Numbered from the whole stretch's first letter, positions 27,101 through 40,528 are shown. The stretch: DNA of 62,162 bases, filler included, from Choristocarpus tenellus KU-1152 (GCA_964200185.2; 11 parts of 11 records of this genome joined end to end with filler, not necessarily neighbours in it); one strand, 5' to 3'. Numbers and translations are program-made. The notes: a model not told the origin generated them from the sequence alone.

Positions 27101-28265
27101 CCGATGAGTAAAGTGTCAATCCTGCACTGTGCCCCCCTGCCACAGGTGTTATGCACTGGGAGGTCAGGTTGAAGAAGGCTCCACTGTCAGTGCCACCTGA
27201 CACGGGAGGGGAGATTTGAGGGCCACGCTTCCAGTGAGGAGTTAGGAGGAGGGGTCAACAACAACAAAGTTGTTGATGTACAACTCGTTTTCTTTGTTTA
27301 GCAGCAAGGGGCACGTCAAAAATATCGTCAAATCCTACTAGAGGAGTTGGTCCACAAATATGAAGTTCTGCTAGCGGTTCTGTGTGATTGAACATGAAGG
27401 CAGGTGAGGAGTTTACAAGGGGTAAGAAAAAGGACACCACGATCATGCCATGATCAAAATCATGAGACAATCATATCGTCCATCCAACCTAAGTAGCAGT
27501 GTCTCCGCAATAGGCTCCAACGGGAGCAACTGCCACACACCAGTGTGCGAACACATCAACAATGTCATGCCAGTACAGTTACACAAACATATCTAAGTGC
27601 TCCAAAGTATACACTAAGTATAAAGGTTTGATTATACAACACTCACAATAAGCACAAGATGCAGAAATTGCATGCTCTGCACTGAAGTATCTGGTCTAAG
27701 GTCGAAGGGGGTACTCTGGATTGAGGCTGCTAGACCAAATCAAATTACTCTGCTCTCAATCGCATACTTGAAGGGACTAGAGCCTTTCCATTCAACATAC
27801 AGAGTGAACAGACTAGAAAAAAGGAATCCATCAAAAGAAAAAATTGAAGGAGGTTACTTTGAAGCAATGCGCTACATAAAGAATGATGATAAAAAAAACA
27901 TTATTCAAAGTCTGTTAGAATCAAGACAAGGACCAGAAACCATCCTATATCACAAGATGAGCAACACCCCACAGTCCCAAACTCAAACCTCCAGCCTTGG
28001 ACACCCCCAGGACGATGTACATGCCTCACCAGAGTTGCCCTTGGCGAAGGAGGCCACCTCTACACCCTGTATCCACATCCTACTACCTACACCCCTGCCG
28101 AAGTTGACAAGCAATGGCAGCCCCGGGCCACAACCCCCGCCTTGTCTCCCAGCACAAGGGACCGGTCGACCGGCGTGCCAATTGGATGTCATCTTTTCCC
28201 AGAATGTATTGTTGATCTCATTGAAAGACACCTCCACTTCAGACCAGCATTGATCTTTTGCAACC
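21138..28265 (-). CDS. ENGASE: Cytosolic endo-beta-N-acetylglucosaminidase (GH85), 3' half; exons approx. 28265-28030, 25502-25348, 24088-23920, 23019-22920, 22607-21644, 21197-21138
   Basis: SFNEINNTFWEKMTSNW..GLPLLVNFGRGVGSRMWIQG (F....FW...LPF..F..G.G), SFDGGSCLSFTG and WLGRAY...FVAQQVNAMG, in the order known for eukaryotic ENGases; GT-AG sites. Catalytic N-terminal exons not found and some internal joins uncertain. Confidence 0.68.
26743..26922 (-). mobile_element. MITE family B, complete (180 bp) with perfect 4-bp TSD AACA
   Basis: aaca|GACCCAGAGTATCTGGGG...CCCCCAGATACTTTGAGCC|aaca; lies in an ENGase intron. Confidence 0.92.
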
Positions 28266-29956
28266 CTGATACACAGTGACAAAATCATACGCCAGAAAAT
28301 ATTTACTAAAGGGTTTGCGGTTTGTGTTTCACTGAGTTGTTCCACTTCCTATTGATGTACTGAAAGCACCCTACAATTAATAGTCAACAGCATGGATACA
28401 CGGTACTACAACAGGTTTTGCATATTTCTATTGTGGATGACATGCAAAATCACAAAACAAAGTAGATCTTCAAAGACCAGTAATATAGTAAGTACAGTAT
28501 TTCATAATAAAGAGATCAAAAACGGGAGACGGAAGGCATCCTTTCTGCCCCCAAAATATTGGTATCCAATCTCCACAGAAGAGGACAACAAATATAGCCC
28601 TGAGTGACATGAAGTGGGCTGGAGGAAGTCCTGTGACAACATTGACCTCAATCTTGGCAATCCCAGGATTTTGTACCTCAGCGACCTTCCCTGGAAGAAG
28701 GTGTGTCTGCACCGAGCAGTGGGAGTTATGGAAATGGAAATAGAAGCATGGCACGCTAAGCATGCTCTGTGCATGGTAAAAGGGCTTGCTTTCACTGTGT
28801 AACGTACTCTGTTGAAGGTAGAAGTGGTGTGGCGTGTGGATCAAACTCAGGAAGGCAGTACAAAGCTAAGAATTTTGCACCCAGCCAGGGATAGGAAGTC
28901 TTCTGGTGCGTTCGTTCTAGTACCTGCTCAATGGGTACAGGCTAGAGAGGCTTGGCAATAGATTTTGATGCAATTCTTGTGTCCATCCTGGTATGCCGTT
29001 CTTTGGGTGACTTCTATATCTGGCGAAGCATTTACTAGGACTGTAAATAGTTGTCCCTATCAAACCAACGTGAGTTTTTTTTCACAGCAACATATACTTT
29101 GGGTTGCAAAGGATTGTCTGTCTCAACAGTATATATCACAGAGATTTTGAATTGAGTTTCCAGGCTGTCTTGAGCGTGTGACTTGCATGTCTTGACAGAA
29201 TATTGTTGAGTGTAGGCCAGGGAGTGAAACGAAATGCATAACAAACGAACGTGTGTGTGTTTCTTAGTAAGAAGTCTTACAGATGTCTTCAACTGCTGTT
29301 ATTGTAGGTGAATGAACTGGAGAGGCTTGGGGAGCATCTCAGGCCTCTCAGAGCAGGTATGTTTGGATGTGCTCGGGCAGTGCTGGACTGTTAGTATAAT
29401 TACCAAAAACAGCATCCTTTTCGTAGCTAAATTTTAGTTCAGAGGCTTGTCAGTAGTGTGGCGTGTAGTGTACAGCTGTGGTGGTTGCACCATCCGTGGT
29501 AGGTGTGTAATGTGCTCTGGAATAAAAGGTATTCAGCATCAGCTGTCGCTAGATGGGAAGCAATGAATACATCTCGAATAACTGTCATCCCACCTCCTTC
29601 TGTTCCATGTATTGTCATGACACCACTCTTCGCTTCTATCTATGTAGCTATTTGAAAAAAAATGAGAAACCTCCCCCATCATCTACTACCTCTGTCAAAA
29701 CCACTCTCTTACGGAGAAATGAATAGATTGCACGAATTTCTCTGGTTTGAACCCCATCAACACCAGGTATCCTTCAACGGAAATCTGGTTTCGACTATCC
29801 AGAGTCTATGTGGCAAACGCTGTGGATGGCAAACCTGTACTATCCTATCTGTCGCTATACGACAAGCAAGTCTGTAGAAGAACGAGGTCAAAAGACTCGA
29901 TGGGTGAGCGACACTGAGCCAGGTCTAGCACAAGATTCCAAGGAGGAGAAGGAGCA

Positions 29957-30106
29957 GGCTCAAAGTATCCGGGAGGGGGTTCGGGCTGTCCACTCAGGCT
30001 CCATTGTTCCATGTCGTAACTTTTGGGTGATTTGGTTGCATGCAGCAGATGAATATGTGTATATTAACTTCTCCTGGTCAGGGTCCGAATGGACACCCCG
30101 GTGTAG

Positions 30107-30140
<34 letters not shown>

Positions 30141-30147
30141 ACACCCC
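29957..30147 (+). mobile_element. MITE family B, truncated by contig end at poly-C
   Basis: GGCTCAAAGTATCC...ttttgggtgatttggttgcat...aatggacaccccggtgtaga-polyC. Confidence 0.85.
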
Positions 30148-30247
30148 NNNNNNNNNNNNNNNNNNNNNNNNNNNNNNNNNNNNNNNNNNNNTTAATTAAT
30201 TAANNNNNNNNNNNNNNNNNNNNNNNNNNNNNNNNNNNNNNNNNNNN

Positions 30248-30900
30248 CAATCCTGTGCAGAGTTGGCCTAGGCGTTTCACCATAGGTGTGTGCTGTGTAC
30301 CTGTCCTCGACCATGCCCCCTGCACGTCGGTACCTGTTGGATAGAGGGCTCCTCCCCCCATGGAGATCTGCTGGCGGTGAGTCTAAACTCTACAGGAATC
30401 CGGCGTGCTGGTTCTAGGAGTCGTATGGAAGCCACACATTGGCCCCTTGTCCACACTGGCTCCGTTGTCTAGCTAGCACTGCGAAATACTTTCCCTCCCT
30501 TGTTCCTCCGCATCCCCTGGAAGGTTGACCAGTTGTGTCCAAAAGGAGTCGGAACAGATCCTGTTCCGAAGGCGGGCGATTTCGTGCCGTGCTCTCCTTG
30601 CGATCCTGGCATCACGAGCTGCTATAGTTAGTATTTCGGGGTCAGGGGTGAATGTTATTGTTCCTGCCCAGTCTACCTAGCCTTAACCAATAATTCCTGC
30701 CAAGTCTTCGGAAGGGACTCCTGATGAGAGAAGGGTATGAATCGGTTATCCTAGGGCCTAGACTGTGGAGATTGCATAAATGGCCTGGGTAAAACCCTCT
30801 CTATGGGGTCCTTGTTTTGCCCTGCTAGTACACTGAGGGTTGCCACGAGCGAAAAGGTTTTATGCTGGTGGTGGTATCTGCTGGAGGATAGGCCATCGCC
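30248..30900 (-). mobile_element. Decayed CRE-like (RLE) non-LTR retrotransposon fragment, region upstream of the Zn finger
   Basis: Minus-strand pieces ARQRSQCGQGANVWL..RRIPVEFRL..GEEP..TCRG..TAHTY resemble the 46430-46500 fragment (TAAHAY). Confidence 0.45.
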
Positions 30901-31275
30901 CCTGAACTTGTGAGCATCTGTGGCTGTAGTTGTTGGTGTGTTTCAGGGTGAAAAGGCTTATTTTCGCACACGCCACCAAATAACTCAATGGCTCCAGTTT
31001 AGTCTACTACCTCCATTATCTTCTCCAGAGTCCACAGCGAGGTGTTGTCACCAGCTTTTTTTTAAGATTGACGTTTCGTAGGTGTTGTTACGATTCGCCC
31101 GACAACTTGAATCTACAATGAACGCCAAAAGGTTGTTCACATTGACCCTATCAGTGACCAAAAAGTAGGACTGGCGTAAACTCGTGGTTGTCTCGCAGTA
31201 ACACTGGTCACAATCAATTCGACAAGGGTGATGCCAAGCGAAGGCGTATTCGATTTGGACACAACCTCCACCAAG

Positions 31276-34200
31276 ATGGCAGTAATTGAGGTGGAGGATT
31301 CAGTGCCTGCGCAAGCGCAGCCTCCACAAGAATTACGAATGTGTGTGGTTCCCTTGCAATGAGGCCCCCACAGCGGGATAGTGCTTATCTTCCCTCAACC
31401 CTTACCATCTTTTCTCCTACACCAGAAAAAGTCCTACTTGACAAGAGTTGAACACCATCAATGCCATATTATCCTCTGGCAGCAAGGCAGGTCGTTCTGG
31501 GTCTGTGGTTTATCCAGAAGCAGACGACAATGGCAAGCCCAAGGTCTTCGCCAGGCAGTCTTTCCAAGTGTCGGGAGAGGAGGAGGAAATGGCGCTCACT
31601 ATCCTTGAGGCACGCCATCTGGGTAAGTGAGAGTCCACGCAGGCAAGAAGGATTATTGGAGTTGTCCCCACCATTCCATATATATCAAGATTTGGTGGTT
31701 GTCTGCATTTCGAGGCAGCGCCGCATATCTATCCAGTGAAGAGTGTACGCAACTCTCGTACATATCACCATACCTAAAAAATACTCTTCCTACCCAATTG
31801 TAACTATTTGACTTGTCGACAGGGCGCCGCATGGCTGCCCCAAATATCACCGCACTTACCGAAAACCGGCACTTTGTCCTCCTCTACAGCCACACAACCC
31901 CCCTGATCACGAATACAGCACGAACAAATGTCTCGGCTACATCCTCACATAAGCTCAAACACATGCACGTACTCACGCTTTCTAAACCAGTGGGAGAACG
32001 TCGACGTTCCAAGGGAGAGGGTGCCGACATACCAGCAGTACGACGGGCTTCACTACTCACCACCACTTTGCCTCGTCCACAAGAGGAAGAGATCCCTGCA
32101 GAGCAAGAGCCAGAAGAGGCGACGGAGAAAGCACGGCGGCGATCTTCTGTCCTTAATCGTATCCCAGAAAAGGTAAGATATATCCTTAGCCAAGAGTAAA
32201 AATCAGATCATATGACTGTGAACGTCACACCAACTGACTTCATGTTGTTTATTGAGATTTAGGACCAATCGAGGGGAGGATATAGGAGGCGGCGTTAGCA
32301 AGAGAGAAGATACTTATAACCACTTATATGTTTAAGTGCTCCTCTTGTCACCTTTTGTCTACCATTCACGAGATCTACAAGAGAACTTCCAATTCAATTA
32401 CCAGTTCATAGCACAAGTGCTCAAGGTCTAGCATCATCTCTACTCTCTCATTCTTGGCATCAATCAGCAATAACATAAAAAGGTATATGGCCTTGCTAGG
32501 CGGACTTGAGAAATGTGTTGAGCATGTGCAGTGCTATTTCCATCCCATGTAATATCCTCTGATCCATTCTCCTCTGCATCTACGTCTATCCCAAGCAGCT
32601 GCGAACACTGGTCCAACAATCAGATGCTAACGGGGTGCAACAGCAAACAGAGCTGCCACCTGCAGACTCCTCAGAAACAGGGGGAAGTGGATTAGAGAGT
32701 GACCAGGATGGGGTGGCAAGAACTTCTCAGGTGTGGGTTCGTGTCGAAATAGGGTGAAGGCCCGCGAAGACAGCTGCTGGGACTATTGCACGGAAGTGTT
32801 CTTCCACTAAAGTTAGCTGAGTGTCCAGGCAGGATCTAGATCATACAGTGCACTGGGTGTTGGCATATTGTACACACAGATATACTGCACAGTATGTAAT
32901 GTCTGTAATGATGTACAGATGTAGTACTCCAATTACTTTGAGAGTGAAAATATCATAAGGGAGTGTGTGTTTTTACCACTTTGAGTTGGGGTTTTTTCAA
33001 GACCATTAAAGGAAAATAAAAAGATATTCAACTTATGGATGTCTGTAAGGATAATTTTCTTCTGCAAACTCAGTGTACCCTCACAAAACATCAGCCAAAA
33101 TGCACTCCACGGCTGCAGACTGTGTGCTCCAAAAACCTGTGCGACCAGAAGATCAGAGGGGCTCCTTGAAACTCAATAGCACTCCCTTTAGGTTAGTTTG
33201 ACCCATTGCGCATATAGCAAGATTGTCTACAGTTGGGAGGTTTGTCCTCTCCTCACCTCACCATAATATCGACAACTAATGTGTGAGCAGAATGCAGAAG
33301 CACTGGCAGAATGCACCACTGTATGAAGGTAGGTACGTGACAGGAAAAAGTAGATGGGAAAGCGATGGGGGATCAATAATAATTATAGGTGGAGAGAAGC
33401 GTTTGTGACATGTGGTGCCATAGGGTAGGAGATTTTATAATCATATTTTGATGTACCGAGTACAGTGGACAACAATTTTGGTGCACCTACACCACACCAT
33501 TTGAAATTTCGTGAAGTCCTAGGCAGTTCGTATTTCTATGAGGTTAAGGGACTGGAAGTTGGAGTGAACAATAGTTGATATTTGTTATTGTGAAGAACTG
33601 TATGGGGAGTAGGAACGTGTGCTGTTGATATCTGCCTGTGCTTGCAATGGCCTGTTTGGCACATGGTAGCATCCCCATTTCATGGCGTAAATTGCCCATA
33701 CATCTGATTCACAAGTCCTATTGCTGCATAGTAGTGGAGTAGTAGCAGAGTGAAAGTGTCTTAGAGCGTACAAGTTTTGCCCTGCTTGTCCGTTTGGGGC
33801 TTGGCTTCCCATGTTTTCTTTTATGAAATTTTCCTACTCCAAATATTTTCGAGTAGGTAAAACGTATGCATTATGAAAAGGTGTGACCGGAACAAGGATG
33901 TTGAACCTTCCAAACAAATACGATTGCCAAAATTACATAAAAATCGCAACAATGGATTTTGGCCCTCAAATGGACACGGCTCTACCCTCTGAGATACGTA
34001 GGCTCGGCACATTGATCATTTTCTTAGACTATTTTCTTTTACTCTTCCCGCTGCCATTACAGCTGTAAAGTCAAGCACCAATTAAGCTACGGAAAGGTTT
34101 ACGAACCCAGAGGCCAAACAGTCAACAAACATATTTGTACTTTGAGGAATACATGCCTAGTGCACCCCACGCAGACACAGCCATGGACCATGACTTCACA

Positions 34201-35491
34201 CACACTCTGGGAGTTAGCTCTACAGCCATGTACAAATACGCATATGCATACAATATCGGTACTCCCCCCGAAAAAATAATGAGCAAAAAACCCTCCTCCT
34301 GTCACAATATTGGTCCTTCCATTTTCATCTACTCGACTCTTCCATGCACCTCCCTCCACACGAACAAGAAAATTCGAAGTTAAAGCCGTTTGTCCCATGC
34401 TTTTTACCCCCTGCATGCACCAAGACCCTTGACGTGTATTCTTGGTCTCTTCAGGGGAAACCCCAAGATCCCTTCACCGAAGGCTCTGCCAAATCACATC
34501 ACCAGTCCTGCTGCTCTTCACTGTTGGGCTGTATGCGGCAGTCAGATCGGTGGAGGCATGCGAAGAAGGGGGCGGAGGGTTACAGTGGTCAGTGGACGCC
34601 GGTCATGTCGCCAGTGGGCACGGAAGGGGATAAGTGTTCAATCACATACCTGCTTCCACCACAGAGGCCGGAGCATGCTGGTCGCAAACAGGTACTGTAG
34701 GGGTTTGTCAGGTAGATCGATGTTTCAGATTAGCCAGGGGGGTAGGAGAGTCAAAAGGAAGAATTGGGGCTTGCTGTACAGTACAAGATGAAATATATGG
34801 GAAAATGGAGCACAAAGTAGAAACAAGAGGGGGGGGGGGGGGGGGAGGCAATTATCTTTGATTTTTTGGTGTTGTTCTTGCTCCGTGCCCTTCTCAGAAG
34901 ATCTTCGTGACTTAAAGTTTAACATGCAGTTGTTTGTTTCAAGTGTCAAGTGTGCTAAGTTTGTGTGTTCTCCATTGCAGTCAAGGGTTGGAGGATTCCC
35001 AATCAATCAACAACATGTGCAGATGTGTGACACACACTCCATGATGCTATGACTGACAAATCGTATCTTCTCTACAGCCCTTGGCTTCAACTTCTCCCCA
35101 ATCAACCAGTCTTAATAGCTCACTCGCATGTCCGCTATGTGTCACCTGCACCGCTAATTTGAGGAGAGAGACAGAAGTACAACCACAATTATACAAGCAT
35201 AATTGTATTCATCACATTAAAAAGTTAATACCAAGCATTTTGTTTCCAGAAAGACTCATGTCTGTCTATTAAACTCATCTCCAACTATGCATCAAGTACT
35301 CATGCCCACACACCCCTTTGTTTGACTATGTACCCATCAGTAACCCCATTTCCCCCCCCTCCTCTTCCCATGACACTCCCTGCTTCAAGTTGATTCTTGA
35401 CCTGGATGAGACCCTGGTCCACTCTTCATTCAAACCTGTCGTAGGCGCAGACTACATTATTGACATTGATGTAGATGGTGTTTACTACAAG
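31276..35491 (+). CDS. SCP/CTDSP (NIF/FCP1-like, HAD) phosphatase, 5' part; firm exons 34546-34691 and 35390-35491; probable upstream exons 31276-, 31448-31622, 31991-32172, 32596-32730
   Basis: Phase-0 join YLLPPQRPEHAGRKQ|LILDLDETLVHSSFKPVVGADYIIDIDVDGVYYK contains the DxDxT signature DLDETLVHSSF. Upstream exons have GT-AG sites, but their linkage to the phosphatase is inferred; 3' end lost at the spacer. Confidence 0.85.
33748..34005 (+). mobile_element. MITE family A (258 bp), probably intronic
   Basis: GAGTGAAAGTGTCTTAGAG...CCCTCTGAGATACGTAGGCTC; flanks agca/ggca. Confidence 0.9.
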
Positions 35492-35760
35492 GTATGACTC
35501 AAGGGTTCAGTTGAGTTGGAGGCAGAGCTCTTTGAAAATCCCTGAGTAGTAGGCATGTGTCTTGAGAAGTCTGTATAATTATTATTTGTACAATGTTGTG
35601 GTTGACGATATCCATGATCTCTAAACTAAATTGAGGCATGAATACACGACTGGGGGCCCTAGCCCACTGCCACAGTCAATGCAAGCATAATTTTGTGGTG
35701 TAAAAAGATCAATTCTTGTTGTGGTAAAAACAATCCCATGAGCTACAATATTGCAGTTGT

Positions 35761-35828
35761 GACCCAAATTATCTGGGGGGCGGGGGCGGTCTACATCAGG
35801 GTGTCCATTTGGACCAAAACCAGGAAAA
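35761..35828 (-). mobile_element. MITE family B, partial
   Basis: GACCCAAATTATCTGGGGGG...ggtgtccatttggaccaaaaccaggaaaa at contig end. Confidence 0.75.
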
Positions 35829-35928
35829 NNNNNNNNNNNNNNNNNNNNNNNNNNNNNNNNNNNNNNNNNNNNTTAATTAATTAANNNNNNNNNNNNNNNN
35901 NNNNNNNNNNNNNNNNNNNNNNNNNNNN

Positions 35929-36079
35929 TCCGGATACACCTTTTCATAACTTATACATTTTACCTATTCCGAAACATTTCGGAGTAGGAAAATGTCATTA
36001 AGAAACCCGTGGGAAGTCAAGCCCCAAACGGACAAACAGGGCGAAACTCGTACCCTCTCTTAATAAGAGACTTTCACTC
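35929..36079 (-). mobile_element. MITE family A, partial
   Basis: Reverse complement of the left half of family A, ending ...tcgtaccctct...gactttcactc. Confidence 0.85.
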
Positions 36080-36407
36080 AGAAGCGAAACGAACATCAAC
36101 ATAGAATCGGGTAACACTCACCTCTTGCAAGTCTTCCTGAGTCTTTTGTGACCCTTCATACTCAGCATGGGCTTGGTGCAGGTCAACAAGATGTGCTGAC
36201 AGAAGAGAGTCTCCTGCTGATGAACCCAGTAAACGAAACCTATCATGAGATACACCTACTTAGTTCAGCTGTGTGTGTGCAATGTGCACAAAAACTTTGC
36301 TTGTACATAAGAAAGAGCTAGTTAAAATCTGATATTTCCCACAACGTCCTAGGAGATTGGATTCTTTGCTTCCTTTGTGTAAATGATGAGTGTTTATGGT
36401 AGATCTA

Positions 36408-36663
36408 GAGGGAAAGTATTTTAGAGGGTACGAGTCTTGCCCTGTTTGTCCATTTGGGGCTCGGCTTCCCATGTAATTTTTATGACATTTTCCTACTCCG
36501 AAATGTTGGAGTAGATAAAATGTATACGTTATAAAGAGGTGTGTCCGGAACAAGGATATTGACACTTCCTAACAAACACGATAGCAAAAATTACATCAAA
36601 ATCGCAACATTGGATTTTGGACCCCAAACGGATGAGGATCTACTCTCTTAAATACTGTGGCTC
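36408..36663 (+). mobile_element. MITE family A
   Basis: GAGGGAAAGTATTTTAGAGGGTAC...CTCTTAAATACTGTGGCTC; atct on both sides (1-nt offset on the left). Confidence 0.88.
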
Positions 36664-37274
36664 ATCTCTTATGCTCGATTCCCTCCAGTGCATAGGATTC
36701 ACTCGGGTAGAGATCAGCGAGAGACATGTGTGGGACAAAGAGTATGGTATTTTTTGTAACCTTCAATAGCCAGGAAGGGGATCCACATGTTCCGCCTGTT
36801 CTCCTTCTCAATAACTGCATTTTGGGGGGGCGCAACATTCAAATCAAAGTAGGGGGCATTTTTTAGCACCTCGGGTGAAGGAGATCTCTTCAAAATTTCT
36901 ATTTGTTTCCCCTTTGGCACCCAATCCTCTGGAGATCTAACTGCTAGGATCGCCCAGTCACTTTCCCCCATGGCGGCACTGCACTTCACTGGCTAACTTC
37001 TGAGCTTATTGTCTGACAGTGCCAGCATCATACACACAACCTACCTACCCTACCTACCCCCACTGAGTCCTACTGGCAATTCTCTCCATGACACCTGTCA
37101 GATTCGTGATTAGCAGATAATGTCGTTACTAATCCTGATTATCGGTGGCAAGCTGTTCCATGCAACTGGAAACAGTCACCACACCATTAACTCCTACAAG
37201 CATTTTCCCCGCATGATACATGTGTAACATTTCTGTTCTTGAACCCAACTATTCCTTAATTCCTTGGGGGACAG

Positions 37275-39126
37275 ACTGCAGTGCTATTAAGCCTGCTCCG
37301 AATACAGTGCTCTCTCCGACGGGACTTCTGTAAGAGCTGGCCTGAATTCCAGTGGATTGATCTCTGTCGCCATATGCAGTTGGAGCGGGTTGAGAGCCTT
37401 GATAAGGTACATGAAAGACCATGTTCTTGCAAAACACAGTGAGGTTTCCTTCACACAGATAGCATGCCCTCTGTGTGAAATGGACTACAGCTGTGCTTGC
37501 GGAAATTCTTCGGGTCAAGATGTTTCAAGGAAAACAACGTGACCCACGGAGTAGACTTTGAGCGAGTCAAAAGTTTTCGTTGGTTGTGTTGGGTTCCAGT
37601 TAGGAAGAGTCAAAGTAATCGAGAGGTGTCCAGAGTTGCATTCTGTGGATGCTGAAGAATACGTCCAAAATTCCCCTTCTTTCTCAAGTAAGTGTGTGCA
37701 TGGGTGGGATAGTTTCTGAATTCTGGACAAAATTTTCAAACAACAGATACATCAACGTTCTCGAGTAATTGTTACACTATTTCGTCCATAGAAATAATAA
37801 AAATATGGGTGGAATTGCAAGAGATATGAAAAACAGACCTAAAATTAAAAACGTCCGAAGCTTGGGTACATCTCGCTTACTATGACCTCAAACACATGAC
37901 TTAAGAATGTCCGCGTGTATGCCCACTGGTATGGTCAATCATGACTAGAGGTCAAGGGCCATGAATTCTATTAGTACATTTTCCCCACAAAGGTATTTTC
38001 CCCCTCCCACCCCTCTCACACATTATTTGGACAAAAGCTCACCTCTAATTGTTTTTTTTTGTAACTGTCTCAAGTCTTGATCATTTCCTTGGAAGGAGTA
38101 CCAAGTTCAATCATTGTCTCTGTTGTAGATTGATGGTGGCTGCTCAAACTACCAAACTGGCAGGGACCCTTAGGATCTGAAAAATAACCTTACCATACGT
38201 TTGCCCCACCATCTAAGGTTTTTGTATGTGGAGCGCACGGAACAAGAGTTTATATTCTCCTTCGGGGTCTGGTTCGAGTGCTGCATCCAGTGAAAGACAA
38301 GAAGACTGGGATCATACACGAACAATACCTGACTGACCTTTTCCCGGGAGATGTGAGATAGTGCTGCTGCGTTGTTCTCATCTCATTATGCCTCGTGGAC
38401 CCTACTTGCTGAATATCTTCCCCAACTCCCCCGGTCGAAGTCGGTTTGTCAGCGAGGAATCGCTTCCACCTGCATCCTTGTGGATTTACAACTGTACCCC
38501 AAATGTAGCTTCAGTCACACTTGAGCAGCTCCATAAAATGTGTAGGGCGGGCCCTCTTCATGATAGTGAAATGCAAGCGCGTTGACACCGGTGGATCAAT
38601 GCACTCATCGCTACAGTAACAGTTAGTCCTGTGTTCGTTTTTTTTTGTCCCCACGGTATTCCAAAAGTGAAGAACTTGAGGCACTTCACTCTGCGGCCAT
38701 CTCTCCTCCTCCGTATGTAGAGAGTGCACCTACAAGCTTGTTAAATCTCTGGGCCTAGATCTCTTCTCTATGAAAAGATTCATCGACTTCTTGATGTGTG
38801 ACCCTAACCCTAGCCCTTACAGACCTCCTTAGTGTATGTATCTGCTCTTGATGTGTAGATTGTCCTCTCTTTTTTGGACTCGATATGTCATCCTGCAGAC
38901 ACATTTACTCACGCAATAGTCTGACCAACATCAAAATACTCCTCTGTTTTTTTCCCTGGTTGAAGCTAATCGGCGACAGTGTCCTGGAGGGGAACCGAAC
39001 ACGAAAAAACACTGTGGTTGCTGTCACTGTCTGCGACTTTGCCACATTGGAACACAGGGATTTTGTCAGTATTAGAGATCACGGGCCATGCCATGTGTCT
39101 GCGGAAGAGAAGTTACAGCACCTGAA
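37275..39126 (+). CDS. Cyclic-nucleotide-binding (cNMP) domain protein, internal exons 37275-37406, 38218-38352, 38966-39126
   Basis: In-phase GT-AG joins give WIDLCRHMQLERVESLDK|VFVCGAHGTRVYILLRGLVRV...LTDLFPGD|LIGDSVLEGNRTRKNTVVAVTVCDFATLEHRDF, the cNMP beta-roll pattern. Not visible as one ORF in the ORF track. Confidence 0.82.
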
Positions 39127-39595
39127 GTGAGTGCAGAGAGATGGAGTGAGACTTGCAATAAAATGAGCATTTTTCTTGCAGCTCTTGGGGCGCCTCCGAA
39201 GGAGGCTATGCCGTGTTTTCTTAATGCGGATTATTCTCAACCTCAGTCAGGATCACAGTTTGAGGTGCTGTTGTGTGTGTCTGTTTCACGAATTTGTTCT
39301 GTTGGATTTGTAGTACACTATATTGAATGTAGGGATAGGGGTACAAACAAAACCTCCCCCTCACAGGCAGCAATCCTCAGCAGATTTCTCCTTAGCAAAC
39401 AGAGTTCTCGAGTCAAAATATGCAGGTAGTGAAGAGGGGGCAAGATGAAAGGAAGCTATTAATTGTGTCTGAGTGGACTGCCCAGCAAAATGGGAGTAAT
39501 GCAAGTCAAACTAGATGTTGCATAGAGACAGTCGGTGTTTGCTCTGGTCTCAATCAATATTGGAAACAGAACGGAGAATGGAATATGGGCGCACT

Positions 39596-39628
39596 GGCTC
39601 AAAGTATCTGGGGGGGGGGGGGGGGGGG
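39596..39628 (+). mobile_element. MITE family B end
   Basis: GGCTCAAAGTATCT-polyG at contig end. Confidence 0.7.
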
Positions 39629-39728
39629 NNNNNNNNNNNNNNNNNNNNNNNNNNNNNNNNNNNNNNNNNNNNTTAATTAATTAANNNNNNNNNNNNNNNN
39701 NNNNNNNNNNNNNNNNNNNNNNNNNNNN

Positions 39729-39779
39729 AAGCCCATCCTCAATGAAAAGCTCCATCCTCCAAATTTTGAAATCGGCTGT
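39729..39779 (-). mobile_element. Family C terminal repeat
   Basis: aagcccatcctcaatgaaaagctccatcctccaaattttgaaatcggctgt|ta; near-exact reverse complement of 62096-62146. Confidence 0.8.
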
Positions 39780-40269
39780 TAACGGTGGATCAAGCAATAT
39801 ATAATTGCACCTTCTTCTGGATGAGGTAGGGGGATTTAATGGGGGCAAATCTCACCTTGGTCTTCAAAATGTTACCTCAACTTTATATACCACAGAGAGA
39901 GGTCTAACTCATAATGTATAATATAGCGAGTCTTACCAGCTGTAGGAGATAAAGATTCCCGCCCCAACCTCACCCCTTTCTTTGTACAACGATAAAAAAA
40001 CGTTTCATGACTTTACACCATCACATAATGGGTACGAAAAATAGACGGTAAAATACTTGTGCATCGTCTAGGAACACTCGCACCACGTACCGAACAATTT
40101 TTGTGGTATTATGTTTCTATTCTTGAATAAATTTAGCCATGGCACAGCAATAGTTGCGTTGATACTTGCCCCTTCGAGGACGGGGCCATACTTCCACCAA
40201 ACAAAAACCTGTTACAAAAACGCAATTCACGTCGTAGATTGACCTTGTGAGTTTCTGAAGAGGAGAAGA

Positions 40270-40528
40270 GAACCGAAGTATATTATTAGAGGGACAGCCA
40301 CGTCCATTTGGGGGCCAAAGTCCAATGATGCAATTTTGATTTAATTTTGGCTAATTGAGTGTGTTTAGGAAGCATTAATGTCGATATTCTGGACACACCT
40401 TCTAATAACATACACATTTTACACACTCCAAAACATTTTGGAGAAGATGTCATTAAAAAACCCATGGGAAGCCAATACCCAAATGGAAAAACAGGGCGAA
40501 ACTCGTACCCTCTAAGATACTTTCACTC
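40270..40528 (-). mobile_element. MITE family A, diverged copy
   Basis: Ends ...tcgtaccctctaagatactttcactc; interior is the reverse complement of family A. Confidence 0.85.

Noticed and set aside
28470-28844. SMLSQDFLQP as the ENGase W.NLS.Q..QP motif
   Set aside because: Lies upstream of the FW/LPF exon (wrong order) and lacks convincing splice sites.
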